This document shows, in pieces, positions 25,160 to 40,152 of a DNA stretch of 64,000 nt. Position 1 is the stretch's first letter. The number at the start of each line of letters is the position of its first letter. A program made the translations under genes and the position numbers. This DNA is from Eledone cirrhosa (taxonomy: Eukaryota), in assembly GCA_964016885.1 (NCBI GenBank), contig OZ024741.1, forward strand, positions 348,192,001 to 348,256,000, given 5' to 3'. Under the pieces are notes generated by a model. It searched no databases. It was not told the origin of the DNA and saw nothing but the letters and a program-made list of their open reading frames with translations.

Positions 25160-27543
25160 TTGGATTAAATGCTCTGAAATAGCGATATATATGTGAAGAT
25201 AGACATAGAATATTCTAAAATATTCTGTATGTTTATAATAAACATTTTGAAGACCTAATCGCTGTAGAATAGAATACGTCACGTATTACAATTAGATTCT
25301 CGATAAAAGCAAGGGAAGTAACCTACGCGTTTCATTCTTATTAGAAATCTTCAGGATTACATATCCAGTGCTTTTATCGAGAATGACACAGCTAGAGACT
25401 TATAGAATACTTAGCTGTGTACAGGAACTGGTTTGAAAGAGCGGTTGCCGGTCCGGCAGAAATTAGAAATTGGATTAAATGCTCTGAAATAGCGATATAT
25501 ATGTGAAGATAGACATAGAATATTCGAAAATATTCTGTATGTTTATAATAAACATTTTGAAGACCTAATCGCTATAGAATAGAATACGTCACGTATTACA
25601 ATTAGATTCTCGATAAAAGCAAGGGAAGTAACCTACGCGTTTCATTCTTATTAGAAATCTTCAGGATTACATATCCAGTGCTTTTATCGAGAATGACACA
25701 GCTAGAGACTTATAGAATACTTAGCTGTGTACAGGAACTGGTTTGAAAGAGCGGTTGCCGGTCCGGCAGAAATTAGAAATTGGATTAAATGCTCTGAAAT
25801 AGCATTTAATAAGAATGAAACGCGTAGGTTACTGAAATAGCATCTAATAAGAATGAAACGCGTAGGTTATTTCCCTTGCTTTTATCGAGAATCTAATTGT
25901 AATACGTGACGTATTCTATTCTATAGCGATTAGGTCTTCAAAATGTTTATTATAAACTTACAGAATATTTTCGAATATTCTATGTCTATCTTCACATATA
26001 TATCGCTATTTCAGAGCATTTAATCCAATTTCTAATTTCTGCCGGACCGGCAACCGCTCTTTCAAACCAGTTCCTGTACACAGCTAAGTATTCTATAAGT
26101 CTCTAGCTGTGTCATTCTCGATAAAAGCACTGGATATGTAATCCTGAAGATTTCTAATAAGAATGAAACGCGTAGGTTACTTCCCTTGCTTTTATCAAGA
26201 ATCTAATTGTAATACGTGACGTATTCTATTCTATAGCGATTAGGTCTTCAAAATGTTTATTATAAACATACAGAATATTTTCGAATATTCTATGTCTATC
26301 TTCACATATATATCGCTATTTCAGAGCATTTAATCCAATTTCTAATTTCTGCCGGACCGGCAACCGCTCTTTCAAACCAGTTCCTGTACACAGCTAAGTA
26401 TTCTATAAGTCTCTAGCTGTGTCATTCTCGATAAAAGCACTGGATATGTAATCCTGAAGATTTCTAATAAGAATGAAACACGTAGGTTACTTCCCTTGCT
26501 TTTATCGAGAATCTAATTGTAATACGTGACGTATTCTATTCTATAGCGATTAGGTCTTCAAAATGTTTATTATAAACATACAGAATATTTTCGAATATTC
26601 TATGTCTATCTTCACATATATATCGCTATTTCAGAGCATTTAATCCAATTTCTAATTTCTGCCGGACCGGCAACCGCTCTTTCAAACCAGTTCCTGTACA
26701 CAGCTAAGTATTCTATAAGTCTCTAGCTGTGACATTCTCGATAAAAGCACTGGATATGTAATCCTGAAGATTTCTAATAAGAATGAAACGCGTAGGTTAC
26801 TTCCCTTGCTTTCATCGAGAATCTAATTGTAATACGTGACGTATTCTATTCTATAGCGATTAGGTCTTCAAAATGTTTATTATAAACATACAGAATATTT
26901 TCGAATATTCTATGTCTATCTTCACATATATATCGCTATTTCAGAGCATTTAATCCAATTTCTAATTTCTGCCGGACCGGCAACCGCTCTTTCAAACCAG
27001 TTCCTGTACACAGCTAAGTATTCTATAAGTCTCTAGCTGTGCCATTCTCGATAAAAGCACTGGATATGTAATCCTGAAGATTTCTAATAAGAATGAAACG
27101 CGTAGGTTACTTCCCTTGCTTTTATCGAGAATCTAATTGTAATACGTGACGTATTCTATTCTACAGCGATTAGGTCTTCAAAATGTTTATTATAAGCATA
27201 CAGAATATTTTCGAATATTCTATGTCTATCTTCACATATATATCGCTATTTCAGAGCATTTAATCCAATTTCTAATTTCTGCCGGACCGGCAACCGCTCT
27301 TTCAAACCAGTTCCTGTACACAGCTAAGTATTCTATAAGTCTCTAGCTGTGTCATTCTCGATAAAAGCACTGGATATGTAATCCTGAAGATTTCTAATAA
27401 GAATGAAACGCGTAGGTTACTTCCCTTGCTTTTATCGAGAATCTAATTGTAATACGTGACGTATTCTATTCTATAGCGATTAGGTCTTCAAAATGTTTAT
27501 TATAAACATACAGAATATTTTCGAATATTCTATGTCTATCTTC
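25160..27543. mobile_element. Retrozyme-like 310-bp tandem array: about 2 units on - (25160-25803) and about 5.5 units on + (25843-27543)
   Basis: gccggaccggc recurs at 26041, 26351, 26661, 26971 and 27281; units are nearly identical; one HHR per unit; TA flanks. Confidence 0.92.
26116..26200 (+). ncRNA. Type I HHR of the 310-bp unit (cores at 26144, 26454, 26764, 27074, 27384 +; 25348 and 25658 -)
   Basis: tctcgataaaagca ctggatat gtaatc CTGAAGA t ttct aata agaa t GAAAC gc GTA^ ggttac ttccct tgcttttatc(g/a)aga; extended stem I with an internal loop. Confidence 0.9.
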
Positions 27544-27583
27544 TATATATATATATATATATATGTATGTGTATGTCTGTATA

Positions 27584-27674
<91 letters not shown>

Positions 27675-27718
27675 ATGTGTTTGTGTGTATGTGAATGTAT
27701 CTGTCGACACCCGGAATA

Positions 27719-28060
27719 TAGCTTAAGAGAAATTTGAAGATAATGATATGATAGGCACCCAATATTTGAACTGGTCTATAGAATTCTCTTGACCTTTGTC
27801 ACTATAAGAGAACTTTAAAGAATTAGCTTTTAAAGAATTTCCCTGTTCTTTAAATCCATCAACCATGACCGACCCCCAACGATCTTATAGACACCTGAAA
27901 TATAGGCATTGTTAGCTTAAGAGAATCTTAAAAATAAGGTGCACCCCATTCTGAACTTGTTTATAGAATTCTTTCTGCCTTTGTCACTCTAAATATAAAT
28001 TATAGCTTTTAAGAATTAGCTTTTAATGAATTCCCCTTTCTTTCAACCAATGACCTCTAA
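27719..28060 (+). repeat. Two diverged ~195-bp direct repeats upstream of a decayed P2 HHR
   Basis: tagcttaagagaa..tatagaattct..cctttgtcact..aagaattagcttttaa occurs twice. Confidence 0.6.
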
Positions 28061-28930
28061 CAATCCCACTCCCCACCCTCTCCTACCACATGAAAAGATA
28101 TAAATACCACTAAAATTTATTTTTGTAAAGCCAGATTCCTGATGATTTCTAAAGAATCAAACAGTTCTAGTCCTGTAGAATCTCATCTATATTAAAACTA
28201 TATATATATAGAGAGAGAGACATTTAGAGAGAGAGAGAGATGTTTGTTTGTGTGCATATGTGTGTTTGTAGATTTAGACATAATATTTAAGTATGAAAAT
28301 GAATTTCATACGTTGAAATATATCTGAGTAATATTCTGGAGATAAACATATTCCTGCGAGTCTCTTTTTTTTAAATTAAGCATCATTATGTATGTGTGCA
28401 TACACCTATAAGTGCAACAATATATATTTGTAAACATGTATGTGTAAATATATAATCCATAGAATTCGGTTTGTGTGAGTGAGAGCATAGGTAGCAGAAT
28501 CAATACTATATATGTTCTACTTCATACAGTCTTAATATACCATTCGTTAAAATTCGATATATAAACATAAATGTCAGTTCCCCCTAGTGTATCATCATCA
28601 TAACAGTGACATGCATTATATTTTTCATATATAATGTGCTATTTAAAAATGATTTACCATGGTCAATCTGCAAAACCTTGAGTAGCAACTGAAAGTGACC
28701 TAAGAAATATATTATAATATGATAAAATATAATATGATGAGATATAATATTATATAACTTAATATCTATTTTGATTAAAACACCATTAACACACCACATA
28801 TAGTCCCTGACGCCTACGAATTGTTTGTACAGAGATCAAAGTCACTAAAATTACAAGTCACTATTTCTTCTTTCAGAACGTTCTCAACAAAAATATATAT
28901 TTGTCACCTAACAGTTTATCTATATAAACC

Positions 28931-28975
<45 letters not shown>

Positions 28976-28978
<3 letters not shown>

Positions 28979-29747
28979 TGAAATAAAAAATAGAGCAAGA
29001 AACCAGGACTATCCATCATCAGTGATCTTCTGCCTATCATCGTGTCTCGAGGTATCTGGTCTTTAATGCGAAGAAATACCGATGATAGCCAGAAGTTCAC
29101 TGATGTTGGATAGTCCTGGTTTCTTGGTCTGTTTTTTATTTCACTTGTATCACATTCGCAACAACGATGCACGCCATTTTTCATTCATATATATTTTTTC
29201 CCTCCGCTGTGACCTGTCTGTTTCTATCACCTTACTGCTATCTTCTTCCCCCCCCCCTTCTCTCTCCTAGTATCTCTTACTTTCATTCACCCCCCCCCTA
29301 TGCGGGTCACCCTCTCTCGACTGGCCTCTTCCTCACACTTTCACTCACTCACTCTCTGCTACTCCCCTCTCTCACTTCCTCCCATCTGACCTGTGTGAAA
29401 TCCTTTCCTCGCTTACATTTCGCTGGGTTTGGACGCGTCTTTTCTTCTCGTCATTGATTTGCTAGAACTTAAGTTCACAATACATCTCTGACTTGTTTCT
29501 AATCTTCCTCTCTTTACGTTGCCTGACAATTTCTGTTTGATTACATGCCTCTCTTTCTCCACCCAATTCTTTTTATCCTATTAACCTATTTTAGTTATTG
29601 CTCGCACTGTCTTGATGTATCTCGTCTTTAATGCGAAGAAATACCGATGATAGCCAGAAGATCACTGATGATGGATAGTCCTGGTTTCTTGCTCTATTTT
29701 TTATTTCTCTTGTATCACATTCGCAAAAACGCAGCACGCCATTTTTC

Positions 29748-29748
<1 letters not shown>
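28976..29748. mobile_element. Family P9 element: short inverted arm followed by two direct copies (29058-29190, 29625-29748) of a ~130-bp terminal repeat
   Basis: gtctttaatgcgaagaaataccgatgatagccagaag..ctgatg..gatagtcctggtttcttg is repeated; PLE-like tandem/inverted layout. Confidence 0.7.
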
Positions 29749-29779
<31 letters not shown>

Positions 29780-30045
29780 GTCTGTGTGTCTGTGTGTATG
29801 CATGAGGTGAGAGAAATATTTGTCATTTTCTCGCACGAAATATACTAGTTTTCTTTCATCTTAAAGAATTTTAAAGTAAAAATACATACTAAATATATAT
29901 ATATAGTTATGTAATAAACAACATAAAATAATTATTTCATTTACCAGTGGTTTCTTGAAAGCAAACAAAACTTGCTTTCAGTCATCAGAATGAAAAGATC
30001 CTGGTGTATTTATTTTTTCCTGGATCTTTCCGACGGAATTACTTC

Positions 30046-30180
<135 letters not shown>

Positions 30181-30369
30181 CGTGTGTGTGTGTATGTGTG
30201 TGTGTGTATGTATGTGTGTATGTGTGTGTGTGTATTAGTGTATGTGTGAGAGTGAGTGTATGTATATAATATCTGTCAAATGTAATAGTATTTGAACAGC
30301 TATTTATATGCCAATATCGAGCATTTGATCTTTATCAGATTTTATTACTACGAATAGTTTAGGTGGGTT

Positions 30370-31100
30370 TTTTCTATCTGATGACATTTTCATCAAATGT
30401 TATTTACCTGTGATAAAGGAAATTCCAAACAACTTAAAACTGCCTAAAGAAAGATGTATATCTTCATCTTTTAAAGGAAATGGTTACAGCTATGAAGTCT
30501 TTATGGTTTAACCCAATTCATGTATACATATAACTGAATCTACCTTGTGCTTTCTAAAATTTGTTTTCCCATTTTCGCATTGATGACTCTATTATAGACA
30601 TCAACAGATATGCATTTACGTAATTTATTCACACTGCTAAATCTTCTGTTACCTTTTACTCAACTAAAGGTAGGACTTTCTTCAATGAACGCTAATGAAT
30701 GACACATCAAGTGGCATCCCATTATCATCACCCTTTATGGCATTTTTTAACACGGGAATATTTTCCTGGAAAAAAGTACAGCTTGCTTGATCAATACAAA
30801 ACCATAAACAATTTAGGAGAAAGCAAGTTTTAAAGAATGTCTCTAGCACATAATTTCCTTTTAATATCCGGAATTAGATTTAGTCTATAAGTCTGTCAAA
30901 ATGGATGCTATTTTTAAAAGGAATCTGAAAGGATTTCGCTTAAGATATACCGCTCAATATTGTAAAGAATGAACACTTACCCTTACTCATGTTAAGGCAA
31001 TTGGTCTGATATCCTTTGCGTTTCTGCATGTTATTCTTCAGTATCCTCCAGGAAAAGATTGTTAAACCACATTGCAGAACTATTAAACCACAGTAGGACA
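30370..31100 (-). pseudogene. Highly decayed PLE-like RT remnant
   Basis: RVMIMGCH..AFIEE..V*INYVNA resembles GVxMGSP..WxRYVDD; weak. Confidence 0.3.
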
Positions 31101-31199
31101 TTTAATTTCAAAAACATATACTGTATCCTTTAGACTCCCGCCGGACAAAAAATGTGTTTAAGTCTTTAACAACTGTCTGTTTGTTGACTAGATTTATTT

Positions 31200-31758
31200 T
31201 TCCAAGTAACTGCCTCGGTGTAAAAGCCGAACTTGCTATCTTCAAAATGGTATTCGTGCCAAAACTTGCTTATGGTCATTTCTCCTTGTAAATGATTGAA
31301 AGTAGAGGATTGCGATTATAAACCGCCAAAATGAGGTTCCTCCGAAAGCTCTTTGGAGTAACTTTACTAGATAGACTGTATAAGTCTGAAATCATGGAGT
31401 GGCTGCATGTAGAGCCAATACTTGCGAATTGAGGGATTACAGCTCCAATTATAGGGACATGATGTTAGAATGTCACAGGAACTAATCGCTGGAGAGATTT
31501 TACGGACAAAACCAACCGGCAAGAGATCTATGGGTAGAGTATGAGCATGGTTGTTGGATAACAACCGTGAGGTCGGCTGGTATCGCTTGAGGAACCAGCC
31601 GGATCAATTGGTGGCCGTTGTTTCTGACAGGACGCGCTGGAAGGTGTGTTGTAGTAGTCTACCCCAGTACCCTTCCACGTAGAAGAAGAAGAAGAAGAAG
31701 AAGAAGAAGAAGAAGAAGAAGAAGAAGAAGAAGAAGAAGAAGAAGAAGAAGAAGAAGA
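31200..31758 (+). mobile_element. 3' end of an RTE-clade LINE with a (GAA)n tail (31681-31758)
   Basis: AIFKMVFVPKLAYG..AKMRFLRKLFGVTLLDR..QLQL*GHDVRM..PTGKRSMGR. Confidence 0.8.
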
Positions 31759-32339
31759 AATTATGAGATGCCTGTTAGAACTTTTAAACATCCGGATTTT
31801 CCAATGTCATATTGATTATGTTTCTTTCCTCTGTGTTAACCTTTGCTTTAATGATTATATTTAACATCACTTTTAATGATAGGATACTAGCTCTCGTTAA
31901 GAGCCATCAAATATTAGCCTTGTTGGTCCTATTATTTAGTGATTTTAACTGTGCTCGTGTTTCTATTTTATTTTTCTCCATGGGTATTTTAGTGTAACAT
32001 GCTGCACGTTTAGTTATTAATTACATTGATACATATCTGCAACATTTCTGTCTCAACTTCAAAATTTGCATCACCTCTTTATTTCTCTTTATTGTTTTTC
32101 AAACATTTCTCTCTCCAGTTTTCGACCCCACATTCCGGTTGAATACTTTGTCATTATTTGACCATTTTTCTATGCTTCAATGCTGCAATTTTTCGTTGAA
32201 TTAGTGTTAATTTTAATAATTTTGTATTATTCAAAACGATGTTTCAAAGACGTATATATATATTTATGTATATGTCCGTGTTTGTCACAGTACTTAACTA
32301 AAAAGGAAACGTACAAAAAGGAAATTATCACATGATCCA

Positions 32340-32488
32340 CATGACAGGTGCAATGTGTCCGAACACAGAAGAGCCGAACTCCCACCGTCATCGCTCCCAT
32401 CTCACTGTATGGTGAGCAAATTGGGTCTCTACGTGCTGGCCGCCCCACGGCCCGGCAGAGAGAATGGAGAAGGCGTTTCCCCGGAGGT
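32340..32488 (-). pseudogene. Possible 3' end of a CRE-like non-LTR element
   Basis: LRGNAFSILSAG resembles the C-terminal xRGNA motif of RLE elements; GC-rich island. Confidence 0.35.
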
Positions 32489-34159
32489 TTTAAATATTAT
32501 TGCTTTTATTTCTATTTGCCATAGAGATTTCGTCCTTGTAAATCATTTATTTGCTAACGTATCGTTTAATATTGATACTTCTTTTGTTTTTGTTATTTTG
32601 TTCGGAGACGGACACTTTCATTTGTGGCTATGAGAATATTCCCTGCCGAAAGTGTAAATTTCCTAGTGTGTGTTATTTTAACGTTAACAAAACTTTACAC
32701 ATCTATGAAGAATGCAAGAGGCGATAGACAATACAGACTAGTTCCTACTCAACTGGAATTTTATTGAACGTAAAACATGTATTGTTATAATTCGAATGCT
32801 GAATTACACCGACCTGTATACATACATATAGATACATTCATTACATGCGCAATAGTGTGTGTGGGGGGAGGGGTTACAATTTTGTTTTCATCTGTTCGTA
32901 TATGCTTGTATGTAAGTATTCATGTGTGTATACATAATTTGTACGTAGACACTATTATTCTTTACATGCATAATATACACATACTATGACATTTATATTT
33001 ATTCTGACAATTCACTGTGATTGTCTTTCGTTGAAAGTCTACGATTTGCCATATGAATATATTAAGTCCGCAGTCCTGATTTAATTAAATATCTCAATGT
33101 CAATGTTTTATTGCTAGGCAATGAGAGCTTGGAGTAAATTTCTGTTTGGATTGTGCGATGCTAGTCGAAGTTTCTATTCAATCACTTGACGTAAAATAAA
33201 TTGTAGCTGAATATCGGTTAAGGAAATGGAGCATAAATTCTCTATTATAATGCAAACCAAGATATCCGCTTTGAGACAAGTGTTTTAAATCAGTGAATAA
33301 TGGTTTTAAACGCTGATCTAATGAATTAGATTATTATTTAAATTTTCCATCTGCTGAGGCATTATTATCGAACCTATGTCAATCACCCATTATATTAATG
33401 ACAAACTTAACACCTATTGAATATAACTCATGCTTAAATTGATATAGTATTATATTCATTAGAAATCAGTAAATATTAAATCTACGTTAGAATAAATCGA
33501 ATGCATTCAAAATCTGTTATACCACACAGTGAAAGAGAAATGAAATGTATGAGGACAGTAAACACAAACTGAATTTCAATAATTATGAAAATGAAACATA
33601 CTCGCGGTCACACACAAGCACACATACACACACATAAACACACTCTCACTCACACATATTCGTTGGAATTGTATTGCCACGCAGAAAATAAAAGTCGGAT
33701 TTTGTTTCGAGACACAAAATAGCGTATTGTGAAGAAAAGTAAAGCAAGGATGCAGTATTTATTTTGAGAGAAATCTCGAATCATTAACTTTAGTAATGCG
33801 TAGTAATTTAACATATTAAAATGTTTTAGTTTTAAAGGAAGAGAAATTGTTTGTGGAGACCATAACTAGGCTAGTACAGATTTCACGAAATCGAGAAATA
33901 CTTATACTTTTACTGTCCCAAGAGATTTTAGAAATATTTAGATTCAAAGTCGAAAATATTTGCTCGCATCATTGTAAGACCTTGTAAGACAAGATACCAC
34001 TTCATAGTTTAATTATTAGTAAGATATAATTTAAAACATTTGAGTACCCAACGTGTATACACGAGGGAGGTGGCAAGAATAAACACCAAGTCTGTTATTA
34101 TTGATTTATATATATATATATATATATACAATATTATACGACATATGGCAAACTGGCAT

Positions 34160-35792
<1,633 letters not shown>

Positions 35793-36440
35793 TTCCTGGT
35801 AACTTCTCCCGAATGAAACAGTTCCAGTCCTGTAGAAGCCATTTCTATATTAAATATTTATACTCTGCTATATGTTGAGTACCTTCCTTACTTTGGTTAC
35901 TCCCGATTGAACCCGGGATAAACATATATATATATATATATGTATGTATATATATATATGTAGCCGTACAGTGTTTAGGCAACCAAGTCACCTTTTTGTT
36001 CAACAATGACACAGTAACGATGTACTAGTTTCAAGCTTATTAGCTAACGTCAGCATCGTGTACCTTCCTGCCAGATGGTTGAACGTCTGAAAGTATATAC
36101 TTTCCTTATGCATATTAACGGCTGATTAGCCTAATTTGCATATCGAGTGAGTTCAGTCGGCCGGGCACCCCGAAAACGATAAATGGAATAGAATGAAACG
36201 AAATTTCATTTCTCACTCTTAGTACTGCACTACGTTCCTGTGTCAGTGTTGAACAAAAAGGTGACGTAGTTGCCTAAACACTGGACGGCGTAATTCGGGC
36301 TGTTTGTTTGTTTACAAACAAACAAACCGAGCATTATAATAAATGTTAGGTAAACCGATACTGCATATATATATATGTGTGCATGTATGTATATATATAT
36401 ACATACTACTGTACGTCTGTATACATATATGTATATACGT

Positions 36441-36476
<36 letters not shown>

Positions 36477-36683
36477 GAAACGAAATTTCATATCTCACTC
36501 TTAGTACGGCAGTTACTTAAATGTAAGTATGTATGTATGTATACATATATGTATGTACGTTTACATACATACTTATACTACTGTACGTATGTACGTATAC
36601 ATACATACATACATACTTACATTTAAGTAACTGCCGTACTAAGAGTGAGAAATTAAAAATCGTTTCATTCTATTCCATTTATA

Positions 36684-36784
<101 letters not shown>

Positions 36785-37000
36785 ATGTGTGTGTATATAT
36801 ATATATACATATATATATATGTATATATATACATATGCATATGTGATTATGGAGGATAATGTCAAGGTGATTAGTATTAAAGCGAGAGAAGCTAGGTGTG
36901 TGTTAAAGTTTTATAATGAATGAGAGACTGATAGGTATCTAAACAATGCAATATTTACGTTTTCTTGTAAATCGCCCTCCAGTATATCGAACGCTTCAAA

Positions 37001-37079
<79 letters not shown>

Positions 37080-37669
37080 ATATGTATATATACATATATA
37101 TATATGAATATATAAATATATATATAAAGAGAGAGAGAGAGGGGTAGAGAATGACAGATCGATCGATAGATAGATAGTTATTGCTATAAATACTTGGGAC
37201 TAAGTATCCTCGACAAACATTAATAGCATCACTCTTCTGCTGATGCTAAAAGCAATGATAAAATTAAGCATACGAACTCTGAATGATAAAGTGATTTGTT
37301 TTCTTTATATAAGTATTTGATAACTCTGCACTAACAACAAATATTAGCAAAGAGATCTCCTTTACAGAGATTGATCTGCTTCTCTGTTAGTGTATTTACT
37401 TCATTCTGTCTCTATCTTACATCACCTTACTATCATATTCCCATCGTCGCATAACTATGACTTTCCTTCTATCTCGCGTTTCCGGTTAAAATTCTAATAG
37501 TTCTGCCAACTAAACTGTTTCTATGAACGTAAACTTGACTTGCTGACTTGCTATGTGTTCTTTTATTTGTATGTAGTGAGTAGCGCAAACAGAATTCAAC
37601 AGGATATTAGTTTATACTTGTTAGTCCACTATATATATACAAATATATATGTACACACACACAAACGCA

Positions 37670-37741
<72 letters not shown>

Positions 37742-37771
37742 CCCCCCCCACACACATATATATATACACAC

Positions 37772-37812
<41 letters not shown>

Positions 37813-39344
37813 CATATATACTCGCGCCTTTAGTCATGTCTTTCAAACACCAATAACTACAAAATGACAAAGCAATACCATTACTAGTCTGAAGATTAAG
37901 TAGGTTTGAAAGTTGAATAGCAAGCAAATATATATGTCTCTTTATATAAAGGCACACGCATGTATATATACTTCATCTAAACAATTTTCACATGTTCACA
38001 GGTGTTGCACTTGCGTGACCGATTCCATTTTCTTTCCATGCTGCAGTATAGGCAGAAATCAATCTAAGACATTGAGGGGATATAATCCCAGGTTCGTGCC
38101 ACCCATGTCTTCCACCCATATATTCTCATATATTCATATTTGTATATATATTTTATAGGATGCATTTCAAGATATGTAATTAAGAATGTCTTGTGAAAGC
38201 CGGTATAATGAAAATGAAAAGTATAATGGTGTTACCAGAGCATACTAAATAATAGTTTTCATTGTATTTCATATTTCAGAATAACAACTTTCAATCAAAT
38301 GAAAAATCGGAGTATCCTATTACGAGTTGTCAATGTTTGTTTTTCTAGCGGTTGTTAGAAGTCAGCAAATGTAAAGGTGATATCGACAGGTGTGTCACCG
38401 CCAATCAGCGGCACGTAATTCAGTTTTGCTGTTAATATTAGAATCAGACATTTTGATTAAAAGGCCTCTTTGATCCGTAAATTAGCAATGTTATTCATGG
38501 TCTCTCTGGTGACCTCAATATCACGGTTGTATTTTTATAGACATTATGTCATAGAGAAAACACTCGTATTCCTTTTTTCAAAAACAATCGAGTTTATACA
38601 TTAAAAGCAGAGGAGAGGAAGATTTGTAATTTCGGGATTAAAAAAAACAAATATCAGTAACAAACATGAAACTGTTATTTTCAATAGATCTCAATAATAA
38701 GCGATCGATTGTCAAACGTAAATTGTTTGTGCATGTCGTCATTCCACTGACCGGCAAATCCCAATGGTCATTCACACGACAAGAAACAACTCTATTTTTA
38801 TCATTTGATATTGAGACCCATCTCGAAATATAAAATCTATTGTAAACAATACTAAATTGTATTGTCCTTTTAGCTCTAGTTCAACAAATACATATGATAT
38901 ATGTATATATAAACAAGTGTGAGTGGGTTGATAATAGAATCATATAAAGATTAAATCATCGCTTTATCTCCCACTGGTATACATTAAAACAAGAAAGGAA
39001 AATTGTTTATATTTAATTGATGCAGATGAGCCATTTGCACAGGAATGTTTCCTTTATTCCTGATAGCCTAGCAAACGTTTGTTCTAATAATAGTCCATGT
39101 CGTCAATTTCGGGTTATATATATATATATATATAACAAAGGAAGTGTGGTAAGGAACCAAGTGGACCATAACGCACCAGAGTACTCAACACTTTGTGTAG
39201 TAGAGTGGGTAATAGGAAAATGTTCAAGACCCCGATGAAGGAGCCCAAGCCGTTTCGACGGCTATTTCAGAAATAGCCGTCGAAACAGCTTGATCTCTGC
39301 CGTCGGGGTCTTAAACATTTTCCTATATATATATATATATGTAG

Positions 39345-39728
39345 ATCCCGGGTTAAATCGGGGATAACCACAGTAAGTAAGGTACTCAATACATAGCAGA
39401 GTAAAAGTAAATTAATATAGAAATGGCTTCTTCGGGACTATAACTGTTTCATTCGGATGAAATCATTAGAAAGCCGACTGTCAAGTGTTTATTTCAATTG
39501 CAACTTGCCACTATACTTCTTTCTCTAAATAAATTTTGTTTTTTCTAATAATCCCCATCCTTTAATCCCACCATGACCTCTACCACACTCCCGTGCCCCT
39601 CCCCCAACCACTACCCTTCCCTTACCATGACAAAATGTATAAATACCAGAAATTTACATTGACAGTCGGCTTTATGATGATTTCCTCCGAATGAAACAGT
39701 TCTAGTCCTGTAGAAGCCATTTCTATAT
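39345..39728. mobile_element. Family P2 element with inverted pseudo-LTR arms (other partial copies 9177-9245, 35790-35922)
   Basis: 39413-39485 is inverted at 39659-39728. Confidence 0.75.
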
Positions 39729-40016
39729 TATATATATATATATATAAATGAAATTGGAATCTCTCAGTAGGTTTCTTTTCAAAAATGTATGTCTTTATCG
39801 GTCTCACAACATTCTTAATGTTCAAAAGTCAATAGAGATGGAGAAACGTGTGGCTCTGCCTATTTGTCTCCCGCATTTAATTGATGTTGGAAACTTCGTT
39901 CAGTTTTATACGAAAAATGTGTTTCAGATTGGTATATGTTTGAAGCACAATTTGAGATGTTGAAAAAGATCACGTGTGTTTTCAAATTCTTTTTCACACA
40001 CACACACACATATATA

Positions 40017-40152
40017 GTTACGTCCCTTTATGATCTGAGTTCAAATCCCGCCGAGGTTGACTTTGCCTTTCATCCTTACGGGGTCGATAAAATAAAGTAT
40101 CAGTAATGCACTGGGTAATTGCTGGCCTTGTGCCTAATGTAGAAACAATTAT
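40017..40152 (+). mobile_element. 5'-truncated tRNA-derived SINE
   Basis: Box B gagttcaaatcc; central gcctttcatccttacggggtcgataaaat. Confidence 0.85.

Noticed and set aside
25160-27543. CRISPR-like or protein-coding interpretation of the tandem array (e.g. ORF 27146-27346)
   Set aside because: Units are fully repeated with no unique spacers, the context is eukaryotic, and the ORF starts at GTG and depends on a single-unit substitution
38280-38389. Possible signal-peptide exon (ttttcag acceptor-like site, MKNRSILLRVV..FVFLAVVRSQQ)
   Set aside because: It needs frameshifts to stay open and no partner exons were found
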